Of a stretch of 64,000 bases of DNA, positions 23,690-37,096 are shown in pieces; the stretch's first letter is position 1; the number at the start of each line of letters is the position of its first letter. The translations under genes were made by a program, and so were the position numbers. Under the pieces are notes generated by a model. The model did not search any database. It was given only the letters and a program-made list of their open reading frames with translations, and was not told where the DNA came from. The stretch is from Azolla caroliniana (lineage: Eukaryota > Plantae > Polypodiophyta): the NCBI GenBank assembly GCA_043228905.1, contig JBHGNT010000010.1:6696001-6760000 (forward strand). The letters are read 5' to 3'.

Positions 23690-26600
23690 ATTAAGGAGAT
23701 CTGTGATGCACTCGGATCCATCAACGTAACGATGGAAGAAAATGAGATGGTCCAGATCTGTCTTGGTGATCTAGCACAACGGTATGGGCCAATACGGAGG
23801 GCAATTTGCACCCGGGAGAAAACACCGTCTTCTTCGACTTACAATCCATGTTGATGGTTGAAAAAAACCATGCGAGTGGGTCGAGCACCACTCAATCGGA
23901 TAGCCGGATGCTGTACACGGAGGCGGATCGACCCCGCGTGGAGGACGAGGTGGGTCGGCATGCAATGGAGGCGGCCGGCAAGAGCAGAACCGAAGGCACA
24001 AAGACGGTGCCGACAACAGTTCTAGACCCTCCACAAGTAGGGGGAGTCAAGCTGGAGTCGAAAACCGACATGGAATGTTGGTATTGTGGCAAGAAAGGCC
24101 ACATAGAGACTAAGTGCTACAAGTAGCGTGCCGATTCGGATAAATTCGGATCTGGCAAGGCCGGACAAGGGAACCAACAAAGCTTGCACTACGCAGAAGG
24201 ATTGAAAGGATCCGGAACTGGGAAGACCGGAAAAGGGACAGGCTTCATGTTGAAGCACAAGGCGACCTCGATGAAGAAGACCCCAGATCAGAGGAAGTAT
24301 GGTATGTTGATTCCGGAGCGTGAAATGACATGACGAGCCATGAAGAGTGGTTCTCATTTTTGGAGAAACCGGAACAACCAGGAAGCGTCGAAACCGGAGA
24401 CGACACCCCTCACTCGATTGTGCATGTCGGAGAAGTGCCTTTAAGCCATGTTGGACAAAAGGGAAAGTTTATGAACATACTACACATTCTGACAATCACA
24501 AAGAACCTGGTGTCGGTTGGACAAATCGTCGACCAGGGAATGCAGATTCGGTTTACGCACCTCGGGTGCTTCATCGAGGAAGAAGGCCAGATAATCGCGT
24601 AAGGGCGCAAAGAAGCAAGGATCTTCATCCTCAACACAAATGATGTATGCACCGCCATGTTTGCCAAAGGATAGAAGATTGAATCCATTCAGATGTATGG
24701 GGACCGGCACAGAACGTTAGTCTTGGCGGGAGTTGGTATTTCGTCTCCTTCATCGATGACTACAGCCGACACATGTGGATCTACCTCATCGAGAAGAAAA
24801 GCGAAGTCTTCGACTGTTTCCAGAACCTTCAAAGCTTAGTCGAAAGGGAAATGGAGATGAAGATAAAGAGGATGCAGTCGGATGGCGGAAAAGAATACTT
24901 TTCCGGCCAATTCAACAATTATCTGCAACAAAAAGGAATTCGGAGAGAATAAAACAGCTGATATACACTGGAACAAAACGGTGTGGCCGAAAGAAAGAAC
25001 CGTCGATTGTTGACACGGTAAGGGCAATGTTGGAGGAGAAGAGCATGCCCAAATTCTACTGGGCTGAGGCGGTCCGGACGACCATCTACATCCAAAACCG
25101 GATCGAGGACAAGGTGTCAGCACATGAGTTGTACTTCGGGCGGAAACCGAATTTGAGACACCTTCGGTTATTCGGTAGCATAGCATATGTGCTTGTACCG
25201 GATGAGAAGCGGAGGAAGCTGGATCCGAAATCGGAGAAATGCATCCGAAATCGGAAAGGTCAATGCAGCCTCCCTCGGCCAACCAATAAGAAGCACAAGG
25301 GGAACCAGGACAACATGGTGGTCCACGGGCAGAAACGGAATTGCAACTCGGCGCAATCAGGCGGTACCACCCACCCACAAGCGAGCCCATCCGTCAAACC
25401 TCCGTGCGAACGCAACAATAATGCACCGGTAGCCTGTGGCTCCGGTGGATAGGCGAACAGATTGCCGGAGCAGTGGGGTATATTGAGGCGGAAGAAAGAG
25501 CGCAAAGCGAACGGTTGCTCGTCACAACCGAACAACTAGAGACGGCCCGGTCCAGAATCCGGTGCCTTGAAAAAGACTTCGATCAGGTCACGGCAGAAAT
25601 GGCCAAAACGGCCTTAACGGCAACACAGATCCAAGCACCGGTGACTCCGGTAAGTGTACAGAATAAAGAAACAGACCAACCTGTACATACTAATAAGACC
25701 CCGGCAACGAAAACCGTTCCAGAGAGAGATGCGGCGCAAGCCCAGGAGCTTGCGGAATTGAGAGATGAACTTGCCGCACAAGAAGCACTAAGGAGCCGTG
25801 AACGGGAATTGAAGACAGCGGCCGAAGCAGAATTAAAGAAGATTGCTGAGAACCTCCGTCGAGCAGAGGAGAGCCTCCGGAAAGGCCATCAAGCGTACGA
25901 CCAGCTAAGTGCTGCAGGAAAAGGACAAGCTGCGGAAGATGGCGGAAACGGAAATTGAACAGCTAAAGGAGGAGGTCCGCCAGCAGAAGGACCGTGAGGA
26001 CCGGGCCCGTCGTCAGATCAACGTACGGCTCAAGCAAAAGACAGATGATTTTGAGCACCTGCACCGGGACTACAAACGGCTTGAAATGGAGCATAAGGAA
26101 CGGATGGCCGAGCTCCAGCAGGAAGTTGATCGGGCCGCGACGGTGCTCGCCGACGAACGAGCGGAAAATACAAGACGGATGGACGAGGCGGAGAAGGTCC
26201 GGATGGAGCTCTAGAGGCAGCAGCAGGAAGAAAGGGAGAGAGCGTCAACGGTATTGCAAAAATTACAAAGCACATATCAAGGGCAATTGATGCATTACAA
26301 GGAGCAAGCAGACGACGATGTCATAATCATCAAGCAATTGAAGGAGGAACGGCAAGTTGTGGAGATCAAATCGCAGATGGGAACGGGCCGGATTCAGTGC
26401 ATCCTCCGGGCATGGCTGAATCAGACAAAACGCTTGATTGACGAAAGCTTCGTAAGATGGTGGACAAAGTGGGCACAAAATACAACGGAACTCCAATTGC
26501 TACGGGCAGACGTGGAAAACCGGCGGAAGGAAGGAGATGATTGTTACACGTTGATGTCCGAGGATTTCATCGCCATATGGGACGAGCTGGCCGAAGACTT

Positions 26601-29600
26601 CCAAGTCCTGGCGGATGAACAGCTGGTGCAGGTCCGGCAACTCGTAGCTCAGCTAGACGATGATAGGTTGGACGCTCAAATCCAATTTGAGAGCTACGAG
26701 TGGTCTCGGGTTCGGGAAGAAAAAACACGAGAAGCGGCAACGGTTAACCTTAGTGATGAGGAACCATCGCCGGCCGAGGGCCAGGCCGGAACCAGTCAAC
26801 CAGAGACCACTACGACGGAGGGAGCAACGACGGAAACGCCGGTGTCAGAGCAACAAACGAAGAAGCAGCTGCAGCAGCCACCAACGAACCAGTCGCAACA
26901 GCCATCAACGGAGCAGCAACAACCACAACAACAACAACAACAACCAATTCTAGATGAACCATTGGAGACTCTCGAACAAAGCATTCTGGATATTTTGGAC
27001 GAAGAATAGCAAGGGTCGGATGGGGGATTCGACGTACAAGGTACTGTCCCACGGGCGTGCCATGTGTTACCGGCTGGCAAAGTAGTCCAGAGTGTGAAAC
27101 GGAGGAGTTATTTAATTATTAAGGAATGGTTGTAAGTAAGCTATTAGTGTGGACGAACAGACCGGAATCGGTATGTCGTTCCGGATCCGGACCGATCCCG
27201 AACAGGTGCGGATGGCACCATTTTGTACTACAAACCGGAAACCTATTTAAAGGCCCGGATACAATGTAATGAGCAGCGGATAATTAATGAAGCTTAGTGT
27301 TTTTATCTCTCTGTGTTAATTGCCATTCTGCATTCATTGTTATATCTTACGCGTGTGATTATTAAGGACGATCTTGCTAAGTAACCTAATTAAGTCGGAT
27401 TAATCGTTGAGCCTAATCCTCTTGCCGTAACACCCCTTTGGTGAAGTGTCTTCCGTAGACACCCTGTGATAGGCCATTGTCCGGCCCTAAGAGTTAACAT
27501 GAGAGTCCGATCTCATTCTAGCGTAGTGGGCCGTATGACCGGTTGAGTTGGGATGACCAGTCGGATGAAGAACCGCTGAGTAGTGGAGACTCTGTCGTGC
27601 TCTCCCTGCGCAAGGAATCGAGGAGAAGGTTCACGCGCAAAGAGAAGGGGAAGAAGAAGATGACGGAATACAATACTGGCAATGACGGGTCGGATCAGAG
27701 CAAATCTGACGCCGGAAAGGAAAAAGGTGGATCTTTAGAAAGGAAGTCCGAACCGGCCAAGAAGGACCTCAAACTGGCTAACGAAAAGTTACGCCGCTCA
27801 ATCCACCAAAAGAACCCCGTCCAGAGTTACATGGCGCATCACTATGTGTACTTGACCAAGGTAGCAGAAGTGCGTGAGCCGGAGAGCTACGTAGAACCAG
27901 CAAAAGAAGCAAATTGGCGTGCTGCTATGGAGGAAGACATGCGGGCACTTGATGCCAACGACACATGGGACTTGGTTGACCCTCCCCGACAGTGTAAACC
28001 GATCGGTTGCAAATGGGTATATAAGGTGAAGTACAATGCCAACGGTTCGGTCAACTGGTACAAGGCCCGGTTAGTGGCAAAGGGATATGCACAGACCCAC
28101 AGAATCAACTACGATGAGACCTTCGCTCCGGTAGCGAAGATGACAACGGTTCGTTTGGTACTGGTTGTTGTTGTGGCAAGGGGATGACATCTTCACCAAA
28201 TGAATGTGAAGAATGTGTTTCTTCAAGGTGACCTTGAAGAACGGATCTATATGATCCAACCCCCCGGTTTTCAATCGGAGATGAACAAGTCAGAAGTATA
28301 AAATGCACGCCCCCCGAGCTTGGAATGCGAAGATCACGCACCGGTTCCGTAAGATGGTGTTTGCAGCCTCAAAGTCTGACTCGTCACTATTCATCCGGAA
28401 AGTTCAAGACGGTCCATTTTGTATCCTGTTATATGTTGATGATTTAGTCATCACCGGACCCGGACTGGATGAAATTAGCAGAGTGAAGTCCTAGTTGTCA
28501 GACGCATTTGAAATGAAGGACCTAAGGGACATTCATTATTTTCTTGGAATCCAGGTGATCCGGAACCCCGATGGCATATTGCTCTCACAAAGACACTATG
28601 TGTTGAATATGGTGTACAAGTTCAGCATGATGGAATGCCGACCAATCTCCACACCCCTAGACCGGAATCTGAAGCTACATCTTGACTCCGGCCCGACCTG
28701 CGATGAGAAACGGTTCTGACAAATTGTCGAAAACCTTATATACTTGACGATCACCCGTCCCGACATCAGTTATCTAGTCGGGGTTATCAGCCAGTTTATG
28801 CAAAAGCCGACCGTGGAGCACCTTCAGGGTGTGACAACGTAAGCAGCATACAACTTGCCAAGAAGCCTGTATTCCATGCTCGGACGAAGCACATAGAAGT
28901 GCATTATCACTTTTTTCATGAGCGGGTCTTGAGCGGTAAAGTTGAACTTCATTATGTTCACACGGATCGACAGGTTTCCGACATCTTCACCAAGGCGCTC
29001 TGATCGGACAAGTTTCAACATTTTTCGAAGATGCCGCACTTGAGGGGGAGAACAAGAACAGGAACGAATGGCACCGGATAAGGAGCCGGAGAGGAAGAAA
29101 GAACCAAGGGGGGAGATGAGCAGATAAAGGAAGCCGATCCGACCGAAGGAGTCGGCACATCCTAACAAGTTGGAGGAAGCGGCAACGGCGGCAGAGTCAA
29201 GAAGGACAAAGCTAACCGGAAGAAGGCCAACACCCGGACATGGTCCGATGTGGTGAAGGGCCTAAAAATGCAAGACAAGTTGGAGACTACCAACACAGAC
29301 AAGAGTGGGAACGAATCGGAGGAAGCCAATTCGGTTCAACAGTTCGATTCGGAAGAGCCAGATCAACTAAAGGCCAAGCGGACAAGAAGGCAGTGGAAGT
29401 CGACACCGACACGAAGGAACCGATGGGTCAACAAGCACCAGAGTCATAGCAGAGAAGGAGTTGAGATGGGCTTGCTGAGCAGACAAGCTGACCAAGGAGG
29501 TCGACATGCATAGAATTGGACAGGTCATGGGAAGCAAAACCGAACCGGACGAGGAGTGCGAGCAAGATGGGAGGATGTTAGAAGGAGCCAGAGGAAAGGA

Positions 29601-30104
29601 CCGGCTATTGCAGACACTAACACCACGATCCGACCTCAAGTGGAGCTTGAGGGGGAGTGTTGAGCGAGCAAACTCAACCATATCCGGATCAGCTGAACAA
29701 GCGAGAGCCGAATTGGTATCCAGAACCAGGAGCCGGATCGGTATCTGGAACTAGGAGCCGGATCGGAGAGCCGGATTCAAATGTGAACCGGAAGGCTAGT
29801 AGTAGCCTACACTCCTAGACTACTAGGTAGTCAGAGTCCTCGTAGTTAGTGGTAATCGCTCATATGAGCATTGAAGTACATAGTACTTCTGTCAACCCTT
29901 TTGTTGTTTAGCACATTGTATGAGTTGTGAGTTTCATAGAGTGATACAGGGTGTTTTTTTTTTTTAATAAAGTTAATGTTCTGCTCTCTCTGTCTCTCTT
30001 GTGTATGCTAAATATTCTCAAGCTTCCATTGAACCTGTGTTTTTATTCTATGTTGTTGCCTGGCTAAACCAGTTTTGTCAAGCTTCCGCATGCTAACATT
30101 TACA
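23690..30104 (+). mobile_element. Ty1/copia copy F, 5'-truncated with internal deletions
   Basis: Gag, protease and integrase remnants 23690-25245, RT/RH remnants 27500-29050, PPT, 3' LTR 29658-30104. Confidence 0.85.
25246..27499 (+). mobile_element. 3' part of an unrelated LTR element inserted in copia F: decayed coiled-coil extra ORF plus putative LTR 27131-27499
   Basis: ORFs 25473-27009 join through one frameshift and one stop. A TG..CA segment with a TATA-like motif follows, and copia integrase sequence resumes at 27500. Confidence 0.6.
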
Positions 30105-30679
30105 CTGTTATATGATTACAAAGTGGGGTTCTCATTCATGAGGGATGGGGCCACCGCCCGAAATTGATTTGATAGGGAGTGGGCGGGCATTTTCACCCAC
30201 TAAATTCATGGCATTCCTGAATGGATTTGGCGGTGTGGGTCCCTAGTATGGCTTGAGTCGAAAGCCGTTGAACTTTTGTCATAAAATTTTCCCGATGATG
30301 GTGTCAGGTTCGAAAGTAACATTTTCGATGTTGATTATCCAATACGGCCCTACCCACCAAAATCAGAGTTTTCCCGGTATTTTTCCCAAGCGTGTTTGGA
30401 ACATGCACAATAGTGTAGTGAATAAATAACTTCATAGAAGTAGCTACACCTAAAGAGAAGAAGTAGTATCTAAAGAGAAGCTGCTATTTAGTTGACATGT
30501 TGTTGTAGAATCTCATGGATTAAGGAGGTTGCATGAGGTTTCGGGTGCCGATGACGCCGCTACCGATGAGGAGATAGTTGGCAACGTGGCTCAAAGTAAG
30601 TCATACAATCACATCTCCTTCAGATCAGCTTTGGGCAAGTAGATCAAGCATGTTGCACAAGTAGATCAAGCATGTTGCT

Positions 30680-31093
30680 TAGCTAATTAACTACTATACT
30701 TAAGTATGATAATAGCTAATTAGCTACCACTCTTGATACTACTTAGCTAATTAGCTACTACACTATAGATTGACAGTAGCTAATTAGCTACAACTCTTGA
30801 TACTACTTAGCTAATTAGCTAATATACCATAGATAGTCCGTAGCTAATTAGCTACCACTCTTGATACTGCTTAGCTAATTAGCTACGTTGTAGTTAATTA
30901 TCTACTACACTATAGTTTGGCAGTAGCTAATTAGCTACTATACTTAAGTATGGCAGTAACTAATTCACTACACTCCCGATATTGCTTAACTATTTAGCTA
31001 ATATACTATAGATTGGTAGTACCTAATTAGCTACCACACTTTATACTGCTTAGCTAATTAGCTACTACACTATAGAACCACAATAGCTAATTA
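30680..31093. repeat. Tandem array of the 14-bp palindrome TAGCTAATTAGCTA (~14 copies, ~32-bp period)
   Basis: Directly visible. It continues at 44575-44615 after copia C, and related motifs occur near 48890-48945. Confidence 0.9.
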
Positions 31094-34000
31094 TGTTCAG
31101 AGACAAGCTCAACATTTGTGCGTAATACGATGCGTAACCAGTGCGTAGACTGGGTGCATAAAACCGGTACGCAGACCGGTGCGTAGAAAGGCCGTATCGG
31201 TGCGTAGACTGAAAGGCCGTTAATATAAAGATATTCCTCGTAAGGAATAGTTTTGGGAGTAAGTGTCGAGGCTCATTTATGAGCAGTCAAGTACTGTCAG
31301 TACTTGTGTCAGCCATTGTCAGGGCTTGTATAAAAGTGCTCACTGAGCACATCCTATGTACAAATCGAGTATTATTTTTTGAATTAAGTTCTTGTGTTTA
31401 TTCTCTCTCTGTCTCTCCCGTACGTACTGTGCAAACCTAAGCTTTCCATTAAACCTACGTTTTCTGTTGTTCGGTTTCCTATATTGCTTCCGCACGCCAT
31501 TCTTTTCATGGTATCAGAGCGCGAGGGTTGAGAACCTCTGCAATCGACTTTGCTTGAAGGAAAAACCAACGACGAAGAACAAGAAAACCGATGGACAGAG
31601 GAATGGCTAGCTCGCTTCCGACGGAGAAGCTCGACAGAACCAACTATGCATCTTGGTCCTGCAAGATGCACTAGTACCTGCTTGGGCATGGTTACTGGAG
31701 CTATGTCGAAGGAGTGAATGACGCGGCACCCGAATCGACACACAAAGACTTCCCGGCGTGGGAACAATCGGCGAGCAGAGTGATGTACTGTTTCGCGTCT
31801 TGTGTGGGTGAACAACTATTAAGCTACGTTCGGGATGCAAAAACGCCGAAGGGTGCGTGGGAAAATCTGAAGAAGATCTTCGCCGCGAGCACCACAGCCA
31901 GGAAGCTTTAGCTCCGACAGGAGTTAAGCAACCTACGACAACGCGATTTGTCAGTGGCTGAAGTGAAGAACGCACCGAAGTGATACCGACAGCAATTCCG
32001 GACCCTCCGGAAACAGGGGGAGTCGAGGCGACGAGAACCAGAAAGGGAAATCTGCCACGGAATGCGAGTATTGTGGCAAGAAAGGCCACAGGGAGAGCGA
32101 GTGCTAGAAGAAGCGCGCCGAGTCAGAGAGGTCTGGTTCCGGACATACCAACAAAAGAAATCGGCAGTGATCGCACTACGCCGAAGGCTCCGGAAAAGCC
32201 AGAAAAGGGTCAGTCTCCGTGACGAGACACGAAGCAAACCCAATGAAACAGTCCGCCCCAAAATCAGACGAGGTGTGGTATGTCGACTCCGGCGCGTCAA
32301 ACCACATGACGTGACACAAGGAGTGGTTCTCATACCTTGAGAAACCAACGCAACCAGGAGTAGTCGCAACTGGAGACGACACTCCGCATCCAACCGCGAA
32401 TGTCGGTGAAGTTCCCTTGAGCCATGTCGGGCAGAAAGGGAAACTTATGAATGTGTTACACGTCCCGACCATCACAAAGAATCTGGTGTCGGTCGGGCAG
32501 ATCGTCGACCAGGGGATGCAGGTTCGGTTTACGCATCTTGGGTGCTTCATTGAGGAAGAAGGTCGTATTATTGCGCAAGGGCGCAGAGATGGGAGGATGT
32601 TTATCCTCGACTCTACTGACGGTGGCACCGCAATGTTCGCGAAGGGACAAAAAGTCGAGTCGGATATCGACTTATGGCACAAACGGATAGGCCACGTCAA
32701 CTACCAGCGGCTTCAAGACCTGCAATTGAAACAAGTGGTGTTTGGATTGCCCAAATTTAGTGGCCGGAAGGCACAAATTTGTGAAGCCTGCCAGCTTGGG
32801 AAGCAACACCGACTTCCTTTCCCAAACGAGCGTAACCGGAGCCGGAACAAGCTAGACTTGATACACTCTGATGTGTGGGGGCCGGCACAAAACGTTAGTC
32901 TTGGCGGGAGCCAATATTTTGTCTCCTTCATCGACCACTACACGCGGCACACGTGGATCTACCTCATTGAGAGGAAAAGCGAAGTCTTCGACTGTTTCCG
33001 AGACCTCAAAGGGTTCGTGGAAACGGAAACAGGAAGAAAGATCAAGTGCTTGCGGTCAGATGGCGGAAAAGAATACTTTTCCGGTCAATTCAATAGTTAT
33101 CTACAACAGATGGGAATTCGGCGCGAATTCAGTTGTAGAACCACGCCGGAGCAAAACGGCGTGGCCGAGAGAAAAAATTGGTCGGTTGTGGAAGCTGCAC
33201 GCGCAATGCTGGAGGAGAAGAGCTTGCCCAAGTTCTATTGGGCCGAGGCGATAAGAACCACGGTATACATCCAGAACCAGATCAGAGAAAAAGTGTCGGC
33301 GCACGAGCTATACTTTGGAACAAAGCCAAACTTGCGACACTTACGAGTTTTCGGTAGCATTGCGTATGTACATGTGCCAAAGGAGAAAAGGAGGAATTTG
33401 GACGCAAAAGCCGAGAAGTGTATCTTGGTCTGCTATTCAGACGAGCAGAAGGGTTATAAGTGCTATAACCCGCGTACCAAACAACCGCGCGTGAGCCGCG
33501 ACGTTGTGTTTGATGAGTCCGCGTCCTGGTACTTGCCTCCGACTCCGAACCTCACCTCCAATCCGAGTTCTGACGATGAGGACAGCGAGGCCGAGGGGCC
33601 TCCGGCTGAGCTTGAAATCGGGACCCCCAAAGAGAGTCCGATTTCGTTTCGGTTAAGTGGACCGAATGGACGACTGAGTCGATACGACCAGTTCGATGAA
33701 GAGTCGGCGAGTAGTGGAGACTCGGCCGTGCATTCCCCGCGTAGGAAGCTGAGGAGACGGCGTACGCTGTCGTGAAGATTTTCGGCAATAGTGTGAAAAT
33801 CCCATAAAACGTACGAAATCAAGTATGAATCACATAGTACAATAATTGTGAAGATAACATTTTAAATAGATTTAATATCTAAGTACAAAATGATGGAGGT
33901 TTCGAATGCAGTTTATTACACGAGAAACGGACAACTAACTGTCAAGATATGAGGGTATAAAGTTTGTAAAAGGAAAGGAGAAAATTGTGAGATATCCCAC

Positions 34001-34309
34001 ATAGGCACGACAAATACAACTCTCATCATATATAAGGTGGAGCAAAAGATATTATCTTTGTGTCTATGTGTGGAGCATAGAGAGTTCAAGGTAACTTGAA
34101 CTAAGAGTGGAGGTGGGCTAGCTACTCATAAAGGGTTTTGGCCAACCAAAACCGGACCAGCGATGGAGCCGGTGATCCGGCGGGCGGCAATCCGGCGACG
34201 GTGATCCGACGGCATCCGATGGCGGCACCGGCATCCGGCGACGCACCGGTAACCGACGGCATTCGGCGACTAGATAAATAAATATATAAATATATATACA
34301 TATAAGTAA

Positions 34310-34363
34310 GGATTCGAACCTTGCACCTCCAAGTTAGGAGTCAATTGGCTTACCATTAAGCCA
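34310..34363 (-). promoter_or_regulatory. tRNA-like A/B-box cassette in P1 LTR (second copy 41320-41373)
   Basis: TGGCTTAATGG, 32 nt, GGTTCGAATCC. D-arm-like (TGGCTT/AAGCCA) and T-arm-like (AAGG/CCTT) stems. Confidence 0.75.
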
Positions 34364-34897
34364 TGCTATTTAGTTGAAATTATATTTCTATCATTGTACT
34401 TTTACATGTAAATTCTCATACATGAGAACTAAAATGAGTGACATGGTTATCATGCACCACATGTAATACATAAGCGCCAAATGGCAAACATGCAATTTAT
34501 GCATGTCTTGTACCCTCACATGCATCATATGCATGAGAGCTTCTATAAAAGAGGGAAGGGGGAGGAGAAAAAACACAGTTTTTTTTATGAAAATTAAGAG
34601 GAAGAAATTCGTTATCAAATTGATCGTGTAACTTGTTTCTTAAATCTAAAGTTAAAAGTTCAATCAATCTCTCTCAATCGTGTAATCTCAACTTCTCTCT
34701 TTCCCAATCTATCTTAAGTACTTTCTCGCTAAAGCTTGCGCCAAAGCTTTTACCGACTTTGAATCCTTCCGGTCCAGAACCCCGGCGGTTCCGCCTCACG
34801 ATCCGCGCGTAGTGACGGATCTTCACGACATAATTAAGTGGTGAACCCGACGTGAAAGAGGCGGTAGGAAGGATTAAGTCGAGATTAATACTTGGAG

Positions 34898-37096
34898 ATG
34901 GCGTCCTCAAGCAACCAAGTGGGAGAGCTCAAAAGGATGATGCTAATTGTCGATCAAATGATGAAATCTCGGGACAACGACGCGAGCGTGGGGAAGGCGG
35001 TCGATCGTGTTGTAGAGCTCGAGGGCCAATTCGATGGAAGGAACGTTACGAAGTTCCTTGATGCATATAGAAGGGAGATGAATCAGAGGGACGTGTCCGA
35101 GGCATGTCAAATCGCAAGCTTCAAGAGAGTTGTCGCCAACAACATCCAAAGACGCGTCATCGAGCTTCAAGAAGGTAAGACAACATGGTCCGAGTTCGAG
35201 AAAACGATACTAGTGGAGTTCGTGACTGAAGACTCAACGAGGATGACTCGACATGCCCTGATGAAGTGGATAGAGAAGAAGAATAAGAAGATGAGTGTCT
35301 CGAGGGTGTACGACGAATTCGACCAGATGTTTAGTCGTCTCCCCAATACGGACCAAGTGTTGCTTGAAGAGGACAAGACATTGTACTTCTTGAAGGCCGT
35401 GGACATAAAGGATAGACGGGAGTTGGGGACTCTTCTCGAAGATGATACCCAAGCAAATGGGCTCGTAGCGGACTGGATCGCGGTGAAGCGGGCATGCAAT
35501 AGGCTCGACAAGCGTCGCCAATGGATTGATGACACCGACTTGACGGGACCGACTACCACGGAGAAAACAAGACCGCCGAAAGTAGTTGAGCCGCTGAGAC
35601 AAAGTAACGTGGAAGAAAAGAAGATTGATGACGACATCATTGAAGAGCTAGCGAAGAAGTTCGAGAAGGTCACGCTAGCCAACATGAATCGTCGGGGCCC
35701 TAAAGGAAAAGAACCCTTTAGATGCGTGTGGTGCGATAGCATGGACCACATGAGAAGGGATTGTGCGAGCCTTCGAGAGGCGATTCGACAAAATATCGTA
35801 TACATAGAGGACAACATGATCTACTCAAGCGAGACTAGAAGACCCCTACGGGTGAATTTCGGAAGAGGAGGAATGAAGAAATCTATGGAGGATGCCGATG
35901 CGACTCATGTGGATGCGATGCACTATGCTACGTCGGCCGGAATAAGAGTCAGGAAAGACAAGACTAAAGCTGCTAGAGCGGGAGCAAAGTTTTGGACTTC
36001 CGTTCTCGAATATGAGAAGAAGGGAAAAATCACATCGAACGAGGTAGAGCTTGCGGACCGAAGCGTGCAAAGCATAACCGGGTGGTCGGATCCGGTGGAC
36101 GACAACACCATACTCGCAGAGGTGATGTGCGACAACCACGAGGTGTTCGTCGAAGAAAAGAGAAAGAGAATAGAAGAGCAAGGCCCATCTAAAAGACATG
36201 AAACAAGGAACGTGAAAAAGAAGGACGATGCGGAGACAAGTCGACCTTTACAATCGGAGGAACGAGAATCAAGCTAAAAAGGGGAGCCGAGCATACGAGT
36301 TGAAGAAACAGTGCGGCCCGTGAAGGTTGGTGTCGAAGACCCCGCTCGAAGGACAAGGACTATACCTACCTATAAGCTAAGGTCAGACATAGAGCAGACG
36401 ACGAACCTAAAGAAGATTCTCGAAGAACGAGTTCTTGATAGCCACATAACTTTGTCCTTGAGGGAATTGCTTGGCATTACGAAGAAGGAGTTCCATGACA
36501 CAATCGTGGACCTTGTAAAGAGAAAGAGACAACAATCGGACGAGGAAGAAGAGAAGCCGCAAAAAGAAAAAACGAATGCCATAACGATGGCAAGAGACGA
36601 AATCGATGAAGATATGGTGGACAGCCACTACACTCGACCTCATTGGGCACGAGCGACAACGGAGACGCCGGTGAAGATCGGGGAGAAGAAAGAGACCGTG
36701 GTAGCCTTGATCGACCACGGCTCGGAGATCAACCTCATGTCAACCGACTTCTACAAAAAAGGAAGATGGCCAATCAATACAAACCACGGATGGAAGATTC
36801 GCGCGGCAACAAAGTCTACGGAGGATTTGTACGGAGCTTGTCCCAATGTCAAAGTCACGATCGGGGATGTGGAGATGGATCAACACTTCTTCGTACAAGA
36901 ATCGGCGTCGCATCCTGTCATCCTAGGGCAACCTTATATCACATCATCTCGGATGGAGACCAAAGTGTTCGATAATGGAGCAGCCTTCGCACGAATAAAG
37001 AGTCTTGACAACCAAAGATCGGTCCAATTCCTAACAGTGCGAGCCAATCATGAAAGGAATCGAGATAGTCTCGGAGGCGAATCCTCGGATTTTTAG
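34898..37096 (+). pseudogene. P1 gag-protease, one premature TAA at 36275
   Basis: ORFs 34892-36277 and 36311-37096 share a frame. CVWCDSMDHMRRDC knuckle and LIDHGSEIN protease motif. Confidence 0.85.

Noticed and set aside
25473-27009. env gene
   Set aside because: No signal peptide or transmembrane segment is visible.
30680-31093. CRISPR array
   Set aside because: Eukaryotic context, spacers are short and resemble each other, and there are no cas genes.
34300-34372. Functional tRNA gene (Arg-CCT/Trp-like loop CTCCTAA)
   Set aside because: No convincing acceptor or anticodon stem. Reported as a tRNA-like promoter cassette instead.
34391-34618. Identical 75-aa ORFs at 34391 and 41401
   Set aside because: They are the same non-coding stretch in paired LTRs with no protein features.
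35167-35817. Long antisense ORFs over gag/pol (also 11948-12490, 16092-16586)
   Set aside because: Shadow frames of retroelement coding sequence with no independent motifs.
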